DNA of 64,000 nucleotides from Macrostomum lignano (Eukaryota): NCBI GenBank assembly GCA_002269645.1, contig NIVC01002038.1, positions 1 to 64,000 of the forward strand, read 5' to 3'. Shown piece by piece: positions 55,259 to 64,000 of this stretch (position 1 is its first letter; each line of letters starts with the position of its first letter). The notes under the pieces were generated by a model. It saw only the letters and a program-made list of their open reading frames with translations, ran no database searches and was not told where the DNA came from. The position numbers and the translations under genes were made by a program.

Positions 55259-57388
55259 ATGAGTTCTTTGAGCTGACATTCGTTAGTGTTAAATGCGCCA
55301 TCGTGTTTTTCTATATTTGCTTATTTTTTCTTAAACGTGGAAATAGTTAAAAAGAAGTAGCCACAAGTATATATTCAATATTTATGTATCCCTATGTAGA
55401 TAGCGCTATTAAAAATAACTTAAAATTCCAATTCTTAATTTACCTGGTACCTCTAAAAATATAACCTTTTCAATCTCAACTTTGGGAAAAGTGATTTTAA
55501 CTTTGACAGCCCATGAAGAAAGCTGACGCCAAGGATTACTTCACACCTCAGGACGTTACACTCACAATTGGTAAACTAAACAAAACAAAAGTTATTGTCG
55601 ATTTTTTCAGCGAATAATATTACTGGTGGCAGTGAGCTATACTTTTTAAACATAGGCTTCTTCACGTATATCCGCTCTCTTCTTCTCTTTGGAAACAAAA
55701 GAACGAAAAAGCAAGCACAAACTGTGGTCACTGTCACAGGTAGGTAAAGTCACTGAAACCATCAGCGCTCAATGTGATTGTAGGTGGGCAGCGGGGTCGG
55801 TAACTCAGCACGTGTTTGTGCCGCTGCCGAAATTCTTTGGCGGTGATGGAACTGAGCGTATCAGTCACAGTGACCGTGGTTTTTTGCTTAAATTTTGCTT
55901 TCTCATTTCTTTGTTACAGTTTGCCAGTCAGTTTATTGTGCTGCCAAAATTAATGTCACTTGTTGCCAAATTCGATATTGAATATTGCATAGTCACAAAC
56001 AAGGCCAGTAAACCGCCTTCTCTGAATTTTCTTTGTTTTAAATTTCGCGTCTATAGTCTAAAACATTCGATAATTTTTGTTTTCTATTTTCGCTTAAAAG
56101 CGATCAATGTTATTCTTATATATTTATGAAAACATCTGTTGCCTTTGCTCTGAGCTGGACTCTGATCATCGCAACATCCGAATTACAATATTTATATTTG
56201 CATCTTTGGCGTCGAGAGTTTTGTCCCAACAGTTGGAATACTCAACAAATTTTTGTCCCATATTGTCCCAGACGCTCTATTTAGCTGTACCCAAATTAAG
56301 CGGCGAAAGGCACACAATGGAATAAATTTTAGTCCTATGCCAAATTCTGCTAAAACTTTTCACCAAGTTTTCACCACCATGTTGATTTTGTTTGGAATAT
56401 TTTTGTAACAATTTAGTAGAGCATTTCGGTATATTTCTGTATATGAGGAGCACTATAAGGAGTAACGGCCAAAACTAACAAATCACTATTGCGTCTGGTT
56501 AACATTTATATATGCAATGTCTGTTGTTTGCTAAAATACCGAGCTGTAATTTTGCGTTCGCATCGAATTCAGTAGCTATTAAGAACACTCAAATTGATTG
56601 ATGAAATTGAATTGCAACCAAATTTGTGTGATTCTTTCCCGTTTAAAGTTAAAATTTAAGTAAATTGAATCTTTAAAATTAAAATTTGATACGTTGACTT
56701 TGTTTCTAACCAATATTCGCTATGTTTTTCATTCAGTTAGGATACAACTAAAACAAATTATGCCAAACAATAATGCGTCACATTTAAGCGTTTTCTTAGG
56801 TCTGAGCCAAAAATGACTAAAAAGTAAATTTTATGCATATTTTATGTTATTCCAATAGCCAATTTATTTCATGTGTTTATCCAGACTATTTTCGTGGCCT
56901 GTCGATCCAACCTTTTCCAGGTTTGTTTGCAATTTTTGGCCCCGTGATCTGAGTTCTGTTTGTTATGTATATTTTTTATACGTTTAAATCTGATTTAACT
57001 GGTTGGAAAGAAGTTTTGGTTTTAAGATTGTTAGATGTGCAAATGCACTTTCGTACTGCTGGGCTGGGGCCATAAAGTTCAAACAGCCAATTTTTGCGAT
57101 TTCCTTAATTACAATACTTATACACTTATCCAGACTGATTGAGCTATATTTAACTCGGTCAACCCCAAGCATAAATAATAAACGCGTTCGCACGCCTTTC
57201 CAAAGCCAGCGTAGTAAAGGTTAATTATCCAATTCGCCACTATTCGCTTTTTCAATTGTGCTTCTTAGTCCAAGGTTTTGTTTATTTAAACAGTAAGTTG
57301 CATGATGAAGCTATTTCTGATCCAAAATATTAGGGTAGCCTAAGGATAGTCTGTGCAGAGATAGATAATTGATACAGGTTAAAAGTGA

Positions 57389-58575
57389 AGATAGGGGGAC
57401 AGTCTGGTAGATAGGGAGACAAGTTGGTAGATAGGGAGACAGGTTGGTAGATAGGAAGACAAACTGGTACATGGGGAGACAAGTTGGTAGATAGGGAGAC
57501 AAGTTGGTAGATAGGGAGACAAGTTGGTAGATACGGAGACAAGTTGGTAGATAGGGAGACAAGTTGGTAGATAGGGAGACAAGTTGGTAGATAGGGAGAC
57601 AAGTTGGTAGATAGGGAGACAAGTTGGTAGATAGGGAGACAAGTTGGTAGATAGGGAGACAAGTTGGTAGATAGGGAGACAAGTTGGTAGATAGGGAGAC
57701 AAGTTGGTAGATAGGGAGACAAGTTGGTAGATAGGGAGACAAGTTGGTAGATAGGGAGACAAGTTGGTAGATAGGGAGACAAGTTGGTAGATACGGAGAC
57801 AAGTTGGTAGATAGGGAGACAAGTTGGTAGATAGGGAGACAAGTTGGTAGATAGGGAGACAAGTTGGTAGATAGGGAGACAAGTTGGTAGATAGGGAGAC
57901 AAGTTGGTAGATAGGGAGACAAGTTGGTAGATAGGGAGACAAGTTGGTAGATAGGGAGACAAGTTGGTAGATACGGAGACAAGTTGGTAGATAGGGAGAC
58001 AAGTTGGTAGATAGGGAGACAAGTTGGTAGATACGGAGACAAGTTGGTAGATAGGGAGACAAGTTGGTAGATAGGGAGACAAGTTGGTAGATAGGGAGAC
58101 AAGTTGGTAGATAGGGAGACAAGTTGGTAGATAGGGAGACAAGTTGGTAGATAGGGAGACAAGTTGGTAGATAGGGAGACAAGTTGGTAGATAGGGAGAC
58201 AAGTTGGTAGATAGGGAGACAAGTTGGTAGATAGGGAGACAAGTTGGTAGATAGGGAGACAAGTTGGTAGATAGGGAGACAAGTTGGTAGATAGGGAGAC
58301 AAGTTGGTAGATAGGGAGACAAGTTGGTAAATAGGGAGACAAGTTGGTAGATAGGGAGACAAGTTGGTAGATACGGAGACAAGTTGGTAGATAGGGAGAC
58401 AAGTTGGTAGATAGGGAGACAAGTTGGTAGATACGGAGACAAGTTGGTAGATAGGGAGACAAGTTGGTAGATAGGGAGACAAGTTGGTAGATAGGGAGAC
58501 AAGTTGGTAAATAGGAAGACAAACCGGTAGATAGGGAGACAAGTTGGTAAATAGGAAGACAAACCGGTAGATAGG
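57389..58575. repeat. 20-bp minisatellite (AAGTTGGTAGATAGGGAGAC), ~59 near-perfect copies
   Basis: Direct observation; occasional G>C variant (atacggagac). Confidence 0.99.
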
Positions 58576-59242
58576 CTTACAAGTTAAAAAGTAGATCGGA
58601 CTTGAAAATTCATCTGAAAACTTATTTGCAAGGATTTGAAAACAATGCTTTCTCAGAGAGAGCTGCTGCAGTTCCGCACCAGTTCATTGAGCCAGTGGCG
58701 CACGCAGGATTTTTGTGCGTCCACTACTTTTGTGAAGTGGCTTCTGTAGACAGCAGGTCATTTTTGCTCAGTGTTGTATCAAAGCGCGTCAACTGTTTGA
58801 AAAGCATCTTAAATGACACAGTGGCCTTGATTTCAGACTTAGTCGGTTAAATCAAATGAACTGATGGTGGTGCTAAATGATGCCAACTGCTCATGATGAC
58901 TGCGAGAGCACATCCGAGAGAAGGAACCGTGCAAAGTGTTGGAGTTGCTCAATTTTTTCCTAAACTTTTGGAGGTCATTATGTGCAGAAGTTTTCAGAAA
59001 GGTAATAAGTCGGAGTCCAATCAACTTTGAATGCAGAGGGGATTTTGTCACGTGTATTTTTATTAGCAGTGTATTTTCACTTTATTATTCAGTAGGATTT
59101 CTTCGCGGGGTAACAAAATATTTGGACGAAAATCTGTTTGGACAAATTTTTTGAGATTGTCAAAGTTGCTTCAAAATATCCTGAGCGCTCGATTTGGCCA
59201 GTTGCAGCAGCACAAATATGCTGTGCCGTCATGCGAGTTTTG

Positions 59243-60289
59243 CTACAGAAGCAGCATCTCGATCTCCTTCAGCGAGTAGTAGAGAAAAAAGGGTAGCTTC
59301 CAAATGACTCCCTGTGCATAAGGTCCTCCGATGGCAACAGATGCGTCTCTGTACTTTCCGTTCGGGTGGGTGGCGAAACAGTTGCTAAACCACCAGGCTC
59401 CTTTAAACATTGTTGCGCAGTTACTAGGATGGGTGTCGTGCTCGGCGTCCTTCGTACTGAACTGCGCGCCGTTGCTCCTGGGAGCGAGGCTGTCGCCGAT
59501 GCCGCCGCTGCCGGAGAAGCCGGACACGCTCAGCCGGTAGTTGTCTGACTCGGGACCCACGGAGAAGCTGGAGTACTCAGCCCAGTGCTCAGAGTCGTTC
59601 CACGCCTTCATCAGGATCCTCAGCTTCCGAGGACCAGAAGCAGTGAGAGCGTGGAGAGAGTTCAGGCCTGGGAAGATGCGGACGTCATGGCGGTGTTTGT
59701 CATTGGAGTCCGAGTTGGAAAAGGAAGCGAATGGAGCAGATCTGGGATGCACTCACCGATCCAGTAGTTTCCGTCGGGTCCCTCGCCGAACTCGCTCTGG
59801 TACTGAGTCCAGTTGCGGTAAAAGTCCACTGAGCCGGACACCCTGTGCTGCACGGTGGTCCAGCAGTCACTGCCGGCTGTCTGCAAGGTGACACAGCAGG
59901 TGTGTCAGCTTTTCTACTCCGCGTTAAAGCGTGGCTGTAATGCTGACACATCTGACTGAGTGACTCACCCACACTCGCTGAGCTCCCTTGTTCGCATTTC
60001 GGCACTTCCTGCAGTGGCTCAGGCCCAGGCGGCATTTGAACTGAGCACACAGGCCGGAGCTGGCGTTGAACGCCACCAGCTGCAAAGCGGAGTCGCTGTT
60101 GGCAGCGACAATGCAGTCGACCTCATTCTGAGCTGAGTGTGACCTCACGGCCTCGTAGTCGGAAAGGCTCTTAAGACTCGGCCACCACCGTCGTCCGGAA
60201 GAAGAGGAGGCAGCTTCGGTCACGTGACGCGGGACTGCAGCGAGCAGCAGCAGCAGCAGAGCGACTTGACGAGCGGGTTGGAGCTGCAT
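59243..60289 (-). CDS. FReD gene, paralogous copy B (3 exons; one Leu shorter in the signal peptide)
   Basis: Same exon structure and motifs as 13536-14585; exon-2 donor is gtgagt. Confidence 0.92.
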
Positions 60290-60557
60290 TTTATCTGAAA
60301 TGTGGAGTAGTGAGTAAAAGCTGTCACCCCACTGCGGATATCCAGGTGAATGATATTGTGGTGGGAGACGGAGGGATGTAGAGGGTGGATGTAGAAGGCG
60401 GAGGCCCAGCTCATGCCTCGTGCTCAAAAGACTCACCAGCTAAGCAAATTATGCCGTGATCTCTCAGAATTAGAAAATTGAGTCCGCAGTTACAGTAGGC
60501 AGACGGGCGCTGCAGGCCAATATAAAAGCCCCAAGTCAGAAACAAACTACAGCTGCG

Positions 60558-60571
60558 GTCGCCATGGCAAC
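60558..60571. promoter_or_regulatory. RFX X-box, copy B
   Basis: GTCGCCATGGCAAC, identical to 14857-14870. Confidence 0.6.
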
Positions 60572-62538
60572 CAGGCAGCTAAAGCTTTTAACAAGGGTTG
60601 CCTCTCTCAGAAGCAGTGGGGATGACCTTGCAGTCGACTGCAGCTCATTCAAGTCAGACAGGCTGCATTCGAAGGCGCTGAGTCCGTCTTGGATGGCGGA
60701 GACGCAGTTGGTTTCTGCAGAGTTTTCTTTAGTCATTCATCTGCGGCCTCCACACAGCCGCCCATGTGGAGCAGCGTCTCGGTCGGATGCGTAGAGAAGT
60801 TGAAGCTGTCTGAGTAGCAGTAGTGTGACACAAAAGGATGGGCCACTTCTTATTGTCACTCGCGAGCAAAAAGATGTGGCTCATCCACAATTGCATCACA
60901 CTAGTACGACCGGGAGTTAGGAATTTACTATGGAAGGGCTGGTTGGGTGTGGAAGAAAAAATATTTGGAGAGAAAGGAGACCTGTGGATTTTGCGGGGGG
61001 GGGGGGCAGGTGGGCACTGAGGGTGAGGGCATAATGGGAGCATTGACTTTCGGTATATTTCGCAGACCCCGGTTTCTCATCTTTTCTTCTTCAATCTACT
61101 AAAACTGACGCGATGTTTGTGTGTGTGTGCGACGAGAGAGCAGGAGAAAGGATATGAGAGGGGAGATAAGAGACAGGAGAGATGAGAGGAGAAAAGAGAG
61201 GAGGGATAAAAGAGTACAGATGAAATGAAAGAGAGAGAGAGGAGAGAGGAGAGAGTAGAAACGAAAGACGAGAGAGAAGAAAATAAATAATATAGTAGAG
61301 ATGAAAGGAGAGAGAAGCGAGAGGAGAGAGGAGATAGGAGAGATGAAAGATCAAAGAGATGAGAGAGATAAGAGAGTAGAGAGGAGAAAGTATGAGGAGA
61401 AAGAATAGAATAAAGATGAGAGCGCAGAGAGGAGAGATGAGAGACTAGATATGAGAGAGCAAAGAGGAGACAGCAGACAGGAGAGGCTGGGACTGAAGTC
61501 TGGACAATGGCAGTCAGTTTCTGCAAAAAGGGAAAACAAGATATGGTACTTGTAAATTTTTGTAAAGGATTCGGAGACGATTTGGAAAATGAGATTCAAG
61601 ACATGGGATTTCAGCTGATAAATACATGGAATGGAATTCTGGCGATGGGAGTTCCATCCCCTTTCTCCTCCAACGGAGGAGTTCCACTCGTTATTTCTAA
61701 AACTGAAGGTGCTCTCGCCCTCAGTTTTCATGAGGGAAGTTCTGGTGCAGTCCCACCGCAAATTTTCGGGACAAAAACCCTAGTGCAGCAATGCATCAAC
61801 ATTTGCGCTAAAATGTATTTATACATAATGCCTTAACATCCAACACCAAACACCCAATGCAATACTTACAACCGCTCATCTAAGGGCGATAAAATAGCCG
61901 CCAACCCAAAAAATTCCCCCTTAAATAAACATCTATAAAAACTATTGACACAAAACGCTCTTCTATCTAAAATCAACTATCCCAACACAATACTTACAAC
62001 TATAACTGATCTAAACGTCCCTAAAACCGAAATTAACATCTAAAAAAGACTTCAAATCTGGTATTTATTCATTAATGGTTAATGATTAATGGTTATATCA
62101 TTCAGCAGTTTTAAGTATCAACGTTCCACAACCGAGCAAATTTGGCTAAAATAAAATCTCTCGACACACTGCCTGAAGACTTCGAGCGCTGCTGTGCTAT
62201 CACCGGACTACGTGTCGGATTTCTTTGAGACATCCTCTGAGGTTCTTCAGGAAGATACGCTTGAATTGCGCTGTCCCTGTTTGTCCTGGAGCTTGACTGG
62301 GCCGCCGCGCTATAATAAAAACATTCTTGTCGACCGCGATTTTATAAAACGAATACCAAACTTTTCCTTTTAACGGGGTGACTTATTTTTTTATACTTGA
62401 CGTCACATTGGATGAGCTGGATATAATTAGCTCGGTCTGAAGAATATATCGACTCGGATTTCCTAATCTCGAAACCGAAAAACCCACCCGATCACGTGTT
62501 TCCTTTTTTAAGTTTTGCCTTCTCTCTTAGACTTTTTC

Positions 62539-64000
62539 ATGGGTTTCGGCCTTTTTGGCCCCCTTGAGAAGGCCTTCGGGCCTCAGGTCTCAGAAATGAA
62601 TCAATTAGAGTCCTAGCCCCCACTCCTGTCAGATGGTCAGCTCCATGGTAGCTTGATCTGTGACGAGCAGTCTAGGTCCTATAGCTAAGAGAGGGACAGC
62701 GAGAGACAAGCAGGAGAATTTTGAAGGTAGAGATCAGCTAATCCGCAGATTAACTAACCCGCTGCCACCAGCCCGTGCGTCCTGGCACACCAAACCGGGA
62801 CTTTCGAAATCGGGTTTCCGACTAGAAGGGGCTTAGAACTTACCTGCCAACTAGTGTCTTTTTGCTGTCAATCTCGATGTCATAGCCGATGATAAGGGAC
62901 ACTGCTGGGACTTGATCGCATTGGCCATGCAGGTACAGAGGGGACTTGTGCAGGGGATTATTGCAGTTGCGAGACTTTGGTGGTAGCTAAATGTAATACA
63001 GTATTACATTGCTAAATACGAGGAATTGTACTTTTGGCCTTCAACGCGCCAACTAGCCTCTCGTAGCGCTAATGATAGGCTAACTCGAACTTCAGAGACC
63101 GCATGATTCATTACCCGAGCCGCTTGGCGAATCTAGACTGCACAGAGTACGGGATCGTACTATAAAGCTGTCGTAGCGTAAGTTCGATCGTACGTCGGAA
63201 CTTTTACACTGCGGAGATATGAGCTAAGAACGATCTTATCTTACAATGGCTTTATATAACGGGCCCTACATCTCTAGCGCCGATTCTGCACTATTGGCAA
63301 TTTCGCTTACTAATTCGATAGATTGATCGACTGAGAACTGACTTGCCATTGGTCCACTGTGACCGGCGCCTACTAGCTTAGCTACTCATCTGAGCCATCG
63401 GCAAACGAAGAAATAAAACCGATAAAAATAACTGTCAGATTTAACGTTCTCCTTAAATCACTTCACAGTTCAGATTGAATTGGAGTACTCAGACTACTAT
63501 CAGTACGAAAGAGCACGACAATTTCATGGGTTTCGGCCTTTTTGGCCCCCTTGAGAAGGCCTTCGGGCCTCAGGTCTCAGAAATGAATCAATTAGAGTCC
63601 TAGCCCCCACTCCTGTCAGATGGTCAGCTCCATGGTAGCTTGATCTGTGACGAGCAGTCTAGGTCCTATAGCTAAGAGAGGGACAGCGAGAGACAAGCAG
63701 GAGAATTTTGAAGGTAGAGATCAGCTAATCCGCAGATTAACTAACCCGCTGCCACCAGCCCGTGCGTCCTGGCACACCAAACCGGGACTTTCGAAATCGG
63801 GTTTCCGACTAGAAGGGGCTTAGAACTTACCTGCCAACTAGTGTCTTTTTGCTGTCAATCTCGATGTCATAGCCGATGATAAGGGACACTGCTGGGACTT
63901 GATCGCATTGGCCATGCAGGTACAGAGGGGACTTGTGCAGGGGATTCTTACAGTGGCGAGACTATGGGGTAGCTACATGTACTATTACATTGCTAAATAC
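62539..64000. repeat. ~987-bp tandem repeat, 1.5 units (copy B)
   Basis: Unit starts at 62539 and 63526. Confidence 0.9.

Larger units (their letters stand above)
56614..64000 (+). repeat. Segmental duplication, copy B (paralog 12943-19487), running off the window
   Basis: Collinear with copy A, plus ~2.06 kb extra (56796-58853) and minus ~1.17 kb (copy A 16574-17748). Confidence 0.95.

Noticed and set aside
55689-56325. 146-aa and 72-aa ORFs after the GTPase gene
   Set aside because: TTG or weak starts, AT-rich low-information sequence, no recognisable family.
57311-58562. Three ~400-aa minus-strand ORFs, and a possible CRISPR array
   Set aside because: All three frames are translations of a stop-free 20-bp minisatellite; there are no unique spacers, so it is not CRISPR.

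Overview
Animal (invertebrate-like; host not identifiable from sequence alone) genomic DNA dominated by two unrelated Polinton/Maverick (adintovirus-like) endogenous viruses. Polinton-1 (~419-12942; ends unresolved or truncated) carries penton, major capsid, PZ-like, core, packaging ATPase, coiled-coil, membrane, adenain protease, pPolB, adenovirus pX-like, integrase and PLA2 genes. Polinton-2 (24239-36829) is structurally complete, with AGTA(G/T)TAGG termini, long TIRs and a perfect 6-bp TATGGC target-site duplication. Besides the core viral module it carries an unusual accessory cluster: a tandem PC4-like gene, a DEDD-like exonuclease gene and a full two-repeat TATA-binding protein (TBP) homologue. 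Each of these three genes has a TATA box 53-56 nt upstream of its ATG. The 369-aa exonuclease-TBP 'fusion' in the ORF track is probably produced by a 1-nt deletion plus stop loss. Host genes are two copies of a 3-exon secreted PAN-like/fibrinogen-domain gene with an upstream RFX X-box, lying in a segmental duplication (12943-19487 vs 56614-64000), and a 2-exon ~1179-aa stonustoxin-like MACPF-FN3-FN3-septin/AIG1-type GTPase gene (51642-55258). The remainder is RTE-like LINE fragments, a ~985-bp tandem unit, two head-to-tail Helitron-like elements loaded with different minisatellites, a piggyBac derivative, foldback/MITE elements and micro/minisatellites. No CRISPR array, rRNA or bona fide tRNA was found. 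All protein family calls are by-eye motif recognition, not database searches.
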